DNA of 64,000 nt from an uncultured virus (IMG/VR IMGVR_UViG_2660238032_000003) (taxonomy: Duplodnaviria; Heunggongvirae; Uroviricota; Caudoviricetes). A program made the translations under genes and the position numbers. The stretch is from IMG/VR virus record IMGVR_UViG_2660238032_000003; one strand, 5' to 3'. The notes beneath the pieces were generated by a model. That model did no database searches, was not told the DNA's origin, and worked only from the letters and a program-made list of their open reading frames with translations. Numbering within the stretch: position 1 is the first letter of the stretch; every line of letters starts with the position of its first letter. This document shows positions 20,294 to 30,869 of the stretch, one piece after another.

Positions 20294-20305
20294 AATAATT
20301 AACTC

Positions 20306-20506
20306 CTACCTTTCAATTTTACTTTTAATTTCTTTTACATCTTCTTTAATATCCTCAACAACATTAAATTTATCTGCCATCTTATCTAGTAATTCTTGAT
20401 ATTTTGTTTCTCTTTCCCCTGTAGTTTTAAGTACATATACCAGTAGGCATGCAAACATTCCATATCCTAATCCTTGTCCTAAAGCTACTCTTATTAATTC
20501 ATCCAT
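20306..20506 (-). CDS. BhlA/UviB-family holin-like protein
   Basis: QGLGYGMFACLLVYVLKTTGERETKYQ..I.EDV.EIK. Confidence 0.85.
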   Translation of the reverse strand: MDELIRVALGQGLGYGMFACLLVYVLKTTGERETKYQELLDKMADKFNVVEDIKEDVKEIKSKIER

Positions 20507-20578
20507 ATAACACCTTCCTTATTTTTTTATATAAGAAAAGACACCTACTTAACGTAAGTGCCTTTAATAAACTTTATA

Positions 20579-21574
20579 TTATTCTCTTATTTCAAATCCA
20601 ACAACTTTATCATGTACTAAATACTCTGCATTTCCTTTTGCATTTGTTATTTTAAATATTGGATTTTCTGTTTCATCTAAATCTCTAGAAATAAACCATT
20701 TCTTGAATTTTTCAATTTGACTTTTATCTGCTCTTTTAATATTTCCATCTACCATTTCTATGTATAAGCTTCCATTTTCTATAGATGGTTCTTCTGGATT
20801 AACAATATCTTCTTTAGTTACTGTAACTTCACAAGTGGCTTTAACATCTGTTCCTTTAATTTGTACTGTTACTATACAAGTTCCCTCTTTAATGCCAGTT
20901 ACTTTACCATTTTCATCTACTTTTGCAATTGCTTCATCAGAGCTTAGCCATTCTACATCTACAGCTGATGGAGTAGTTATAGCTGTTAATTTCTTTGTGT
21001 TATTTTCTTTTAAGTTTAATGATGATTTATCTAATGATATAGTTGAAATATTTTCATTATAAAGTTTTAATACTTCATTTTCATCTATATCTACTGCATT
21101 TATTGTAAGATACTCATCAGTATTATTTACAAGTTCCAAACTGTGTTCCTTTTTATTTAAATCTAATTTTTCATAAACTAAAATATTTTCATTACTATTA
21201 GTACCATTATTTATAACATATTTATCTATTTTCTTTCCATCAATAATTATATCAACATCTTTAGACGTTGTTTGCCAATATCCACAAATTAATCTTAATT
21301 TATCACCCGTAAAATTAAATTTTATTTTAGATCCGCTATAGTTATATCTTGAATGTAGAGTTTCTGCCCAGGTTGAACCATAATGCCATCCTTCGCCTAT
21401 ATAAGTTATTTGTTCATCTCCACATTTATACCTTTTCCATCCATCTTCTGGTTGAGTTAATTGCTCTCCAACAGTAGCCGCATTAGCTATAACTCCATTT
21501 TGAATTGCTCCAATTCCCATAATGGTTAGTACCATTACAAACATTACAAATATCTTTTTTAATTTTTTATTCAT
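20579..21574 (-). CDS. Secreted Ig-like (Big_2) domain protein
   Basis: Signal peptide, beta-sandwich domain, WLSSDEAIAKVDENGKVTGIKEG. Confidence 0.85.
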   Translation of the reverse strand: MNKKLKKIFVMFVMVLTIMGIGAIQNGVIANAATVGEQLTQPEDGWKRYKCGDEQITYIGEGWHYGSTWAETLHSRYNYSGSKIKFNFTGDKLRLICGYWQTTSKDVDIIIDGKKIDKYVINNGTNSNENILVYEKLDLNKKEHSLELVNNTDEYLTINAVDIDENEVLKLYNENISTISLDKSSLNLKENNTKKLTAITTPSAVDVEWLSSDEAIAKVDENGKVTGIKEGTCIVTVQIKGTDVKATCEVTVTKEDIVNPEEPSIENGSLYIEMVDGNIKRADKSQIEKFKKWFISRDLDETENPIFKITNAKGNAEYLVHDKVVGFEIRE

Positions 21575-21615
21575 TATTTCTCCCCTATACTATCTTTTAT
21601 TGATTATTTATTATT

Positions 21616-22836
21616 TTATTCAACTACAAGAACTGGGATTTTTATTATAACTTTTCCTGATGGTGGGATATCTCCAACATTAACTACAATATTTTTATAT
21701 GTTGAACTTGAATCTACTTTACCTTGAGTTGTTATTACTTTACTAGGTATGAATTGAATGTGATTGGGTGCATTATCTTTAATAACTACTGATTTAGCTA
21801 TTTTATCACTTGTGTTAGTAATTTCTATTGTATAAGTAAAATTGTCTCCAACATATACAGAATCCACATCTGCTGTTTTTATAACTTTTAATTGCGCCTC
21901 TGCTACTCCCTTAAATATTATAGATACTTGACCACTAGCATTGTTAGTATTATCACCTTTAGCATAAGCAGTATTAATTATATACTCTTGCTCTGGATTT
22001 GTTGGTTGTTCAGGTTCTACTGGAACATCTTTTTTAGTAACTGTAACTATACAAGTAGATTTTATATCAGTTCCTTTAATTTTTGCTGTTATTGTTGCTT
22101 GTCCTTCTTTTATAGCTTTAACATTTCCATTAGAATCAACTGTTGCAACTGCTTCATCTGAGCTTGACCAGTTTATATCTACCGCTGAAGGTGTAGTTGT
22201 TGCTGTTAATTTTTCTGATATACCTTCTTTTAAATTTAATGATGATTGACTTAATGATATCGATTGATTTTCTTCATTTGTATTTACTAAATAACCATTA
22301 TAATCTGTATCTATCGCATCTATACAAAAATATGCTCCACTATTATCCTTATTAACTATTTTCACAGAATGTTTAGAGAAATTTAACTCATCAATTTCAT
22401 ATACCATAACTTGATATTTATCTGATGAACCTTTTTCACTAAAATTTCCAATTAGTTTATTGTCGATATAAACATCTACAGATGGTGTACTAGACCACCA
22501 ATAAGGTGAAATTACTCTTAATTTGCTACCATAAAAATTAAATTCACAATACTCATTTTCAGTATTAATTCCATATACACAATCTGTTATTGTGTTATTA
22601 TAGCACCATTCTACACTATTACTATTAAACCAAGATTCACTATCATGTGATAATTTAGTACTGTATGTTATATTACTGTCATTGTCATCATATCTTTTCC
22701 AACCATCTTCTGGTTGTAACAATTGTTCTCCAACTGTTGCCGCATTAGCTATAGTTCCATTTTTCATTATTCCTACACTCATAATAGTTAATACCATTAC
22801 AAACATTATAAGTATTCTTTTATAATAATTTTTCAT
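21616..22836 (-). CDS. Secreted Ig-like (Big_2) + DUF11-like domain protein
   Basis: Paralogue of 20579-21574; WSSSDEAVATVDSNG; C-terminal KTAD...VGD.FTYTIEITN. Confidence 0.85.
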   Translation of the reverse strand: MKNYYKRILIMFVMVLTIMSVGIMKNGTIANAATVGEQLLQPEDGWKRYDDNDSNITYSTKLSHDSESWFNSNSVEWCYNNTITDCVYGINTENEYCEFNFYGSKLRVISPYWWSSTPSVDVYIDNKLIGNFSEKGSSDKYQVMVYEIDELNFSKHSVKIVNKDNSGAYFCIDAIDTDYNGYLVNTNEENQSISLSQSSLNLKEGISEKLTATTTPSAVDINWSSSDEAVATVDSNGNVKAIKEGQATITAKIKGTDIKSTCIVTVTKKDVPVEPEQPTNPEQEYIINTAYAKGDNTNNASGQVSIIFKGVAEAQLKVIKTADVDSVYVGDNFTYTIEITNTSDKIAKSVVIKDNAPNHIQFIPSKVITTQGKVDSSSTYKNIVVNVGDIPPSGKVIIKIPVLVVE

Positions 22837-23281
22837 TATATATTATTTCTCCCTTATTTCAATTATTGAACGCGTCCATAAAATATTTTAACTTTATATA
22901 AGATAAATTCCAACAATAATCGTAATACAAATTCCTTTATATCTAAGAAATTTAGTAAATTTTTACTTTTTATCATATAGTTGATTTTAAGTAATAAAAA
23001 GACTACCTTTATACGTATAATTTTTTTTGATTTACAAATAATAAATATTGTAAGTGAATTCTCCATCAGTTTAAACTTTTTGTAATTTACTAATAACCTT
23101 ATCTAAATTCACAGAGAAAATTATTTCTCATGTAAAATAGTAGAACTAATTATATATCTATTCAGCATCCTTATTTTAACTAGTTCTACTATTATTTTAG
23201 TAATATATTCAATAAAAAAAGACTATTTCTAGTCCTGATTTATTGTCTGCTATTTGATTTATCCTATATTCCTATTGCGAA

Positions 23282-23440
23282 CTAAACTACTTTCACTGGT
23301 CTTACTTCTGTATATTCTACTTTAGTTATCTCTGTATATTGCTCTGTTGTTATTTTCTTATAACTTACAAAGTCCCAAACGTCTGTATTATTGTAACATC
23401 CCCAATAAAAATATCTTTCTACTTTTTCAAACCAATTCAT
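23282..23440 (-). CDS. XkdX-family protein, 52 aa (not in ORF track)
   Basis: MNWFEKVERYFYWGCY...FVSYKKITTEQYTEITKVEY; coupled to the upstream stop. Confidence 0.8.
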   Translation of the reverse strand: MNWFEKVERYFYWGCYNNTDVWDFVSYKKITTEQYTEITKVEYTEVRPVKVV

Positions 23441-23748
23441 TATACATTACCTCCTAAAGCTATTTGTTTTGTTAAATCTGCTAAATCTTTTTGTAGTTGC
23501 TCTATAGCTAAATCTTTTTTAGCTATTTCTTTTGTATTTTGTGCAAGTTCTTCTTTTAGTAGTTCCATTTGTGATTTAGGTATATCCTCTAGTATTGGTT
23601 GTCCTGTTTTAATATCTACACCTTTAAGTAGTTTGTTATCTGGAATATCAGCTTGAAGTGCTTTTATTTCTCCTATTGGTTCATAAAAAGTACCTTCTTG
23701 AACAAAGAAAGCATTTCCTGTACTATCATAAACTATTAAATTTTTCAT
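23440..23748 (-). CDS. Tail-fibre-associated protein
   Basis: IVYDSTGN N-terminus and coiled-coil C-terminus; lies between the fibre gene and XkdX. Confidence 0.6.
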   Translation of the reverse strand: MKNLIVYDSTGNAFFVQEGTFYEPIGEIKALQADIPDNKLLKGVDIKTGQPILEDIPKSQMELLKEELAQNTKEIAKKDLAIEQLQKDLADLTKQIALGGNV

Positions 23749-23770
23749 ATTTTAATTACCTCCTAGTTGT

Positions 23771-24541
23771 TTATTCAAAAAATATATATGTTACATTTGA
23801 AGTTACATATTTATCAGAAAATGGGATTTTCATAGTATTACCAGATATTATTGGTTGGAGTAAACTTGATCCTGTCCATACTGCATTATAATTTACTAAA
23901 GTTGAAACATTAAAACCAGCTGATGATGAAGTCTTAGCATAAACCAAGCCATATGAAGGATTAAAGTTTAATGTTATAGTTACATAGTAAGTATTTGAAT
24001 ATCCTGACTCTGGTTGAAAATCTTTATTTACTCTTTGAAAACGTATATCAGTAGTGCCATCAAAGTTAGTATTTCCAGAGGTGAATCTTTTTCCTCCCAT
24101 ACCAGCTACAGTAATATTAGCTATCTTCCCAACCAAACTAGCTAAAGTTTCATTTCCACTAGCACTTACATTTTTAGCATTTAAATTAGCTGCTGCTGTA
24201 TTCTTATCTGTTTGTATTCTATTTGCTATTTCATTAAAAGTATTATTGCCGCTTACATTTCCAACCTTACCAGTAACTACGGTCTTTCCATTACTGGCAA
24301 ATGTAAAAAGTTCCTGTATTCCTGCCTGTACATTCTTTGCAGACATACCACTTATTGTAGTTAAATTAATCTTACTTGCATTTAAATCTATATTATCTAC
24401 TTTGTTCACAATATCTTTCATTGATGTGTCATTATTTTTCATCTCTCTATCTATAATTTCAAAGTTTTCTACAAAGTCTTTCCTTCTTACATTATCAGTA
24501 CCTTCTGGTAGTTTAAGTCCATAATTTGTACTTGTCCTCAA
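23771..24541 (-). CDS. Tail fibre / receptor-binding protein
   Basis: TNYGLKLPEGTD..NFEIID baseplate-attachment motif, NVQAGIQELF, beta-rich C-terminus. Confidence 0.75.
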   Translation of the reverse strand: MRTSTNYGLKLPEGTDNVRRKDFVENFEIIDREMKNNDTSMKDIVNKVDNIDLNASKINLTTISGMSAKNVQAGIQELFTFASNGKTVVTGKVGNVSGNNTFNEIANRIQTDKNTAAANLNAKNVSASGNETLASLVGKIANITVAGMGGKRFTSGNTNFDGTTDIRFQRVNKDFQPESGYSNTYYVTITLNFNPSYGLVYAKTSSSAGFNVSTLVNYNAVWTGSSLLQPIISGNTMKIPFSDKYVTSNVTYIFFE

Positions 24542-24554
24542 TGTTCATTCCTCC

Positions 24555-25172
24555 TTAATCGTAAATTTCTAAATCGTCCCACTTGATATATTCTGCTCTA
24601 TCAAAGCTTAAGTTTTTACCATCTAGGTAATTCCAATTTGTATAAGTGTATTTAAATTTATAATCTAAATGAGCTGGCTTAATATCCTCTATCGCATTAA
24701 TAAGATTTTGCATGTTACGCGGGATTCCTTTAATGCCTACAAATTGTATTGTAAATTCATATGGTCCAGTATTTTCTATTACATTAACTTCACCGCCACT
24801 AAATTTACTAGCTACATCTTCTATTAATTTTTTTGTGCAAGTCCCTTGGCCTGCCTTTTTTGCTTTTACTATTTCCCTCCTTTCCTGATATGACAAATTA
24901 AAGTTAGTTTCAATTCCATATTTATTTTCCCAGTAAATTAATCCCCAAGTAGCTGTCTCTATATGAAATTGTTTTTTTATATCGTCTGTATAATACAAAA
25001 GACTACCTATTTCAACACTCTGTGCATCATAGACAGCCTTTATTTCAGGTAAATTATATATTTCTTGTGGTATATATTTTCTAAGGTCTACAAAATACTT
25101 TTCTAAATCCTCTTTGGTGGGAATATTCTCTGCATATTTAGCTAGTCCATACTGACTTTGTCCATACCGCAT
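24555..25172 (-). CDS. Baseplate protein (YmfQ/DUF2313, XkdU-like)
   Basis: TATWGL.YWE, ERRE.V.AK, IKPAHL. Confidence 0.85.
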   Translation of the reverse strand: MRYGQSQYGLAKYAENIPTKEDLEKYFVDLRKYIPQEIYNLPEIKAVYDAQSVEIGSLLYYTDDIKKQFHIETATWGLIYWENKYGIETNFNLSYQERREIVKAKKAGQGTCTKKLIEDVASKFSGGEVNVIENTGPYEFTIQFVGIKGIPRNMQNLINAIEDIKPAHLDYKFKYTYTNWNYLDGKNLSFDRAEYIKWDDLEIYD

Positions 25173-27983
25173 TTACACTCCCTCCAATTCATCCCAAGTT
25201 ATAATTTTCTTTTTTTCTAAAATATTAACTCTATCTAGTATTTTATCTTGAATTTCTACTACTCCACTTAAAGCAGATGGTAAATTCGTGCTATATTCCA
25301 AAGACGTACAAGGTGTTATTGCATTATTCAACTGGATATAACCGTCTGTGAATGTTTGTAACTCATCTTTTATGTTTAATTTTTCCGTAATTGGATTAGC
25401 TAGTTGGTGATAAAGAACTGTTAGATTTGTTTGAAACCATTTCTTTAATCCAATATCATCTAATGATTCTAGCTTCGCTTTATTGATACGTAACTGAATC
25501 ATTTTGCTTTTATTATAGGCTATCCCCTCTACATCCTTATTCCATAACCAATCTGCGGTGTAAATATTAAAATTATTACAGATTAAGGAAGAATCGGGCA
25601 CACCGTCGAGATAGTAATATTGAAATTCTATAGTATTAGGGGTATTTACATCGGTAGCTGTAACAGTCCAACCAGTTATGGTTTCTAGTTGTAATTTTGC
25701 AACATTCTTAGTTCTCTCATTCTTATCATAATCCACTACATCAGCAGTTCCACTAGGTAATCCACAGTGAGGAGAAGGCAATAGAATTTCTGTTTTATCT
25801 TCTTTATATGTTTCATACGTTGTAGCTGTTGTGCTTTCTAATAATTGAAATTCTGCAAAGGTAACTGTTTGACTGCCAACTATTTTATTTTGAAGTGAAA
25901 CAGTAACTTGATTATTATTTCCAGTATTAAAGGTAAGTGTATTTCCATCAGTAGATTTTATTCCCATTACATAAATACCAGAGTTAGAACTGTGTTTACA
26001 TGAAACAGTATAATCTGTATTTTGTTTTACTTTTATTATTTGGTCTATCCCAGTCCATTGATTTCCTGTAAACTCTCCAAATTTTTCAAAAGTAATATTT
26101 CCTCGTTTTATCCAAAAACCAAGTTCATTTTCACCGTTTCCATTTTTTATTAAATTCTTACCTTTTGTTAAAATACTAATTTTATTACCTTCCAACTCGC
26201 CTGTAGATTGTATTCCTTCAAAATATGGAGGAATTTCTTTTACTTCGCCCTCAAGAATCACAATAGATTTTTTTAACTCATTTTTATCATTATCAGAATT
26301 TTCCCATCCATTAACTTCTTCCCCTACTTTATCTTTAATAATTTCATCATTAAGTCGTATAATAAATTTTGAATTAGGCAAAACTTCTATACTTCTTGAG
26401 TAAGTGTTTGCTTTTGTAAAAATTCCAAGTTTAATTTTTTTATTATTGTAATTTATAATTGTATAATTTGTATTAGTTTTATACAAATCTAACGTTGTGG
26501 TTTCTATAATCCTATTTTCAGAAGACAAATAATTAACATTTCCACCATTCCATAAATTTTGTAATGTCTTTCCTTTTAACTGCATATTGTGAACATACTC
26601 ACCTATACAATTATCCAATTTTGTTAATGTACTATCTGTTTCTATAGGTGTTAATTTATTTTTTAATACCTTATCTACGCTTAAATTTATATCATCTAAT
26701 GTCTTTTGACTTATTTTATCTAATACAGATTTATTATTATGGATATGATTTTGGCTAGTATCTATATCATCTTGCGTTATAAATTTTTTATCATTTGTAA
26801 GTTGAGATAATTTACTTGGAATATCTGTTTTATTAGCTTTATCACTTACTGTATTCCAAAGATTACGTTCAGAACTTGTAATATGTCTAATGCTATCATT
26901 GATGTGATTATAGGCACTATTCCAAGCATCTAATAGACCTTGAGTAATTTTATCTATAATACTTTTATTGCTATGTTCATGCTTCTTAGCATTTACATCA
27001 CTTAATTTTGATTTTTCTGTATTGTCATAATCATTTGTAGATAAGCTTTTTCCTGTAACCTTATCTACTTTACTTGAAAGTTCATTCATTATAGTTGTAG
27101 CAAAGTTAGGATCATTACCTAATGCATCTGCAATTTCTTTAAAGGTATCTAAAGTATCTGGTGCAGTTCCTATTAAATCCTGTATTTTCTTTAAAACTTC
27201 CTCCCTAGTAAAGGTCTGGTCTTTAGTATATCTTTTATTTAACTCTAAATTTACATAATCTAAATTAGCTTTTTTATTTTCTAAATCTATATCTTTAGCT
27301 TTTAAACCTTGTATTTCACTGTCATTAGAAGTTTTGTAATTATTAAAATTACTTTCTATGCTGTTTTCTTTAACTTTAGCTCTATTAACTTCACTTGATA
27401 AATTATCAGATATAGTTTTTTCAGAACCTTTAGCACGATTAATTTCAGTATTTAAATTATCTGTTAATACTTTCTCACTTGCTTTTGCTCTTTCAACCTC
27501 TAAATCTAGATTTTTTTCTATTAAATTCTCTCTATTAATTGCTCTAGTATTTTCTGTAGATTCAGCATTTTTAGCTCTTGTTATCTCACTATTAAGATCC
27601 TTCTCTATATTGTTTTCTCTACTGGTAGCTCTATTATTTTCCTTGTTTAATTCTTCTTGTGTCAGATTAATTGCATCCTGTAAGTTGTTTATATCTTCTG
27701 CTTCTACTTGGTCGCCTGTAGTTTCGTAAGAAATATATAATTGGGGTTCTGTAGAAAATATCTTAATTACAGTTTTCCATGGAGTTAAGCTTGGTGTAGA
27801 TGTACTGTAAGTAGTAATCTTAGTTCCTGTTAACTTGGAGCCTGTGTAGACATTTAAGTTATTAATATTATCGTGTGTCAATTCTGCTTCGTACAAGCCA
27901 CCTACTGGCGTAACTACTTCCTCTACAACATAAATCTTTCCATCAACTCTATTAAATTTTTCATTAAATTTTGTAACATCCAA
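25173..27983 (-). CDS. Long tail fibre protein
   Basis: E..RA...E coiled repeats, APDTLDTFKEIADALGNDPNFATT motif, HxHxNK repeats, carbohydrate-binding-like C-terminus. Confidence 0.8.
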   Translation of the reverse strand: MDVTKFNEKFNRVDGKIYVVEEVVTPVGGLYEAELTHDNINNLNVYTGSKLTGTKITTYSTSTPSLTPWKTVIKIFSTEPQLYISYETTGDQVEAEDINNLQDAINLTQEELNKENNRATSRENNIEKDLNSEITRAKNAESTENTRAINRENLIEKNLDLEVERAKASEKVLTDNLNTEINRAKGSEKTISDNLSSEVNRAKVKENSIESNFNNYKTSNDSEIQGLKAKDIDLENKKANLDYVNLELNKRYTKDQTFTREEVLKKIQDLIGTAPDTLDTFKEIADALGNDPNFATTIMNELSSKVDKVTGKSLSTNDYDNTEKSKLSDVNAKKHEHSNKSIIDKITQGLLDAWNSAYNHINDSIRHITSSERNLWNTVSDKANKTDIPSKLSQLTNDKKFITQDDIDTSQNHIHNNKSVLDKISQKTLDDINLSVDKVLKNKLTPIETDSTLTKLDNCIGEYVHNMQLKGKTLQNLWNGGNVNYLSSENRIIETTTLDLYKTNTNYTIINYNNKKIKLGIFTKANTYSRSIEVLPNSKFIIRLNDEIIKDKVGEEVNGWENSDNDKNELKKSIVILEGEVKEIPPYFEGIQSTGELEGNKISILTKGKNLIKNGNGENELGFWIKRGNITFEKFGEFTGNQWTGIDQIIKVKQNTDYTVSCKHSSNSGIYVMGIKSTDGNTLTFNTGNNNQVTVSLQNKIVGSQTVTFAEFQLLESTTATTYETYKEDKTEILLPSPHCGLPSGTADVVDYDKNERTKNVAKLQLETITGWTVTATDVNTPNTIEFQYYYLDGVPDSSLICNNFNIYTADWLWNKDVEGIAYNKSKMIQLRINKAKLESLDDIGLKKWFQTNLTVLYHQLANPITEKLNIKDELQTFTDGYIQLNNAITPCTSLEYSTNLPSALSGVVEIQDKILDRVNILEKKKIITWDELEGV

Positions 27984-29072
27984 CTACATCACCCCTAACT
28001 CAACATTACCTAAAACAGCTATTTCTTCATCTTTTAGACTTATATTAGAAGCTAAATTGTCAATATTTAAATCTGCATAATCTAATACCCCATAAACGTT
28101 TAATAATAAATTTCCTATTTTAGCTATGCTTATATATTCTGTTTTAAAACTTATACTTTTTAAATATTCCTTTAATAATTCAATAAATTCTTGTTGAATT
28201 TCTCCTAAATTTAATCCTTGTAAAGTTTTTACTTTTGCTGTTATATTTAATTTCTTTTCAGCAGCACTAACAATTGTTAATGATCCAGCTAATATCGGTC
28301 TAACTTCTTCTATATGTTCATAAACATCTTCTATAAGTTGTTTTGTTGCTGCATGCTTATTAGAATCTACTATTACAACTTTAACTACTCCTGCACTAGA
28401 AAAAATTTTAGCTGCCCCTACTCCTGTGACTTCCATTGCCCAATTTAAATAATGATACTTATTTCCAGATGTAGCTGGTGTTCTAGCTTTCTGTAGTATT
28501 CTTTCTCTATAGCTATTATCATCTTCTATATTAACTCCATACTTAACTATTTCTATATTGGAAATACTAGTTACACCACTAATAGATTTAGCTAATATAT
28601 TTATTTCTCCAATACTCACATTGCCAATACTTCCAGGTTCAGTACATTTTGCATTTACCGTAATTTCTCCATTTCCCTGTATATTTACATCTTCTAATAT
28701 TAAAAATTCTATAGATTTTCTTTCTTCAGTTGCAATAGTACAAACTATCCTGTCTTTATATATATTTGTTCCAGGAGTACCTATTATCTTAATTTTTTGT
28801 ATAGCGTAATCTGAATCTTTTCTTGTAACTCCATCCTCTTCACCACAATAGTTCAAATTTTCTTTTATTGCAGTTTGAGGAAACCTTGATTTTAATAAAC
28901 TTACAAGTGAAATATTTTTTATTCTTGCTATTTCTGCCGCTGCTGGTCTTGTATTATCCCAAAACAAATCTCCTTCTATAGTGTTTATATTTGGTGGAGC
29001 ATTGTCTATCATTCTTTCGTGAATAACGTCGGCACTTTCTTTTAAAAAATCAGGTATATCAATTTCATACAT
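27984..29072 (-). CDS. Baseplate J-like protein (XkdT-like)
   Basis: G.IGNV..G.I, EDD.SYRER, SGNKYHYLNWA.EV.GVG. Confidence 0.9.
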   Translation of the reverse strand: MYEIDIPDFLKESADVIHERMIDNAPPNINTIEGDLFWDNTRPAAAEIARIKNISLVSLLKSRFPQTAIKENLNYCGEEDGVTRKDSDYAIQKIKIIGTPGTNIYKDRIVCTIATEERKSIEFLILEDVNIQGNGEITVNAKCTEPGSIGNVSIGEINILAKSISGVTSISNIEIVKYGVNIEDDNSYRERILQKARTPATSGNKYHYLNWAMEVTGVGAAKIFSSAGVVKVVIVDSNKHAATKQLIEDVYEHIEEVRPILAGSLTIVSAAEKKLNITAKVKTLQGLNLGEIQQEFIELLKEYLKSISFKTEYISIAKIGNLLLNVYGVLDYADLNIDNLASNISLKDEEIAVLGNVELGVM

Positions 29073-29078
29073 ATTTTA

Positions 29079-29519
29079 TCACCCCACTTTCTGATTGTTA
29101 GAAAGAATTTTCTTTTGATTCTTAATTGTAGTTATCTCATAATTGTAATAAAGATCATTACCTTTCCATTTAAATGAAAAAGAATCAACACTTTTAGTTA
29201 ATGGATGTACCATTAATGCTTCTTGTGTGATTCTTTTAAGTTCTAATTCTATGAAATTCTTATCTGAAATATCTGAGCCTATAATATCTCTGCCAAATTT
29301 ATTTGAATAAGCCATATATTTATATCTAATGGTCATCATGGCTAGTTGGCACCACTGTACATATGCTTCAAATTCATCTAATATTTTAATGGTCCCATCT
29401 GAATTTTTAATAAACTCTCCTGTTTCAAAATTAATTGCATATGATCCTTTAAATTCTTGTTGCTTATTTCCTTCTAAATTTATGCTTTCTTCATTAACTG
29501 TCGGAAACAAATTAGGCAT
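29079..29519 (-). CDS. DUF2634/XkdS-like baseplate protein
   Basis: FETGEF, QW...A..T.RYKY.AYS..FG, I.EAL. Confidence 0.8.
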   Translation of the reverse strand: MPNLFPTVNEESINLEGNKQQEFKGSYAINFETGEFIKNSDGTIKILDEFEAYVQWCQLAMMTIRYKYMAYSNKFGRDIIGSDISDKNFIELELKRITQEALMVHPLTKSVDSFSFKWKGNDLYYNYEITTIKNQKKILSNNQKVG

Positions 29520-29853
29520 TAGACATCACTCTCCCTATTACAATACATTCATTTCCGATTCTAGCAACTAACACTCTGTTACCTGCTTTTATTGATTTTA
29601 AGTTTTCAGGAGTTCTGATTTCATGAGAATGTGATGATGTACAAGTTGTATTTTCAGTATTACAATTATCATTTAATTTTAGATAGTCTAATAACATATA
29701 ATCAGTTATTTCATGCTTAAAATCATCTAATTTAAGCCCCGTAGTGGTTATTGTACCTAATACTAGACTATTAGAAAACATAGCTTCATTAATACCACTT
29801 TTAAAGTTATTATCCATTACTCTTTTTATATCTTCAAAAATATTATTCTCCAT
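29512..29853 (-). CDS. XkdR-like baseplate protein
   Basis: Position, HSH motif and K.G.RVLV...VIGRV. Confidence 0.65.
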   Translation of the reverse strand: MENNIFEDIKRVMDNNFKSGINEAMFSNSLVLGTITTTGLKLDDFKHEITDYMLLDYLKLNDNCNTENTTCTSSHSHEIRTPENLKSIKAGNRVLVARIGNECIVIGRVMSNA

Positions 29854-30862
29854 AGAATTTAGTTTTCACTCCTTCCCAACTCATTAATGTTAAATCCATT
29901 TTACCGCCTGTACCTAATTCATGAGTTATATCTGTAACATAATAAAAAATATTATATAAACTTACTTTATCACCTGCTCTTATGGTGTTTATATCTTTAA
30001 TGCAAGGCACTGATATACTATCTTCACCACTACTAAATAGTGTGTCAGCTTTGTTTTTAGCCTTAGAATAATCATCTATTTTTTCATCTTGTGCTAGTTT
30101 TTGAATTGTTCCATATTTATCAGTATCTTTTTTAAAAACGCCCAATATAGGAGATAATATTAATTCTTTTTCTTCATTGCTGCCAGAAGTCTTATTTTTT
30201 TTAGTACTTTTCTTCGTTTCTTCTTTGCCTAAAACTTTTACTTGTGTTACAGCTCCATTAAGACTTGATTTATTTTGAATATCATCTACAATACTATCCA
30301 ACTTATATACTAGACTATTACTCCCTAATTCAATTAAATCTAAGATTTCTGACATTCTAAACTTATAAAGACTTCCACCTTTTTGAGCTGTTTCTTTTAA
30401 ATCTTTTTTCATCGTACTAAATAAAGATTCTTTTCTTAAATCCTTTGATAAACCTATGCTTGTTTCACTAAAGTTTCCTACTGGTATGCCCCAATCATTA
30501 CAAATCGTTTTGGCTCTTTGAGTAGCTGTTTGGCCATCCTTCCATAAATATTCTTCTTCACTTTCTTCTATAGAGACAGTTCTTTCTCTGCAAATGATAG
30601 ATAGTTTTTTATTTTTCTTTGAACCATTTATATCTCTAATAGTACCATCAAATATCTTTTTGTATTCATTACTATTAAACATATAGTCATAAAGTTGAAT
30701 ACTATCGCCTTTAACTAGTCCTATGTTTTTTAATTCATCAGTTTCTATTAAAGATAAATTTAAAGTATATGCAATACTATCTATACTTTCTTTTAAAGTA
30801 GCTTCTTCAGAAAGTAATTGTATTTTATATTTATTTTTTAAAACTAATTCTATAAATATCAC
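29843..30862 (-). CDS. XkdQ-like tail hub protein
   Basis: Position; KYGTIQK, IRAGD.V, YYV..ITH motifs. Confidence 0.75.
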   Translation of the reverse strand: MIFIELVLKNKYKIQLLSEEATLKESIDSIAYTLNLSLIETDELKNIGLVKGDSIQLYDYMFNSNEYKKIFDGTIRDINGSKKNKKLSIICRERTVSIEESEEEYLWKDGQTATQRAKTICNDWGIPVGNFSETSIGLSKDLRKESLFSTMKKDLKETAQKGGSLYKFRMSEILDLIELGSNSLVYKLDSIVDDIQNKSSLNGAVTQVKVLGKEETKKSTKKNKTSGSNEEKELILSPILGVFKKDTDKYGTIQKLAQDEKIDDYSKAKNKADTLFSSGEDSISVPCIKDINTIRAGDKVSLYNIFYYVTDITHELGTGGKMDLTLMSWEGVKTKFYGE

Positions 30863-30869
30863 CTACTTT

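Noticed and set aside
22840..23280. c-di-GMP riboswitch upstream of the Ig-domain genes, and the 67-aa ORF 22863-23066
   Set aside because: I could not find the class I core (GCAAA...GACGCAAAG); the ORF has no RBS and low-complexity composition.
23771..27983. Diversity-generating retroelement or invertible tail-fibre cassette
   Set aside because: No reverse transcriptase, template/variable repeat pair or adjacent invertase seen.
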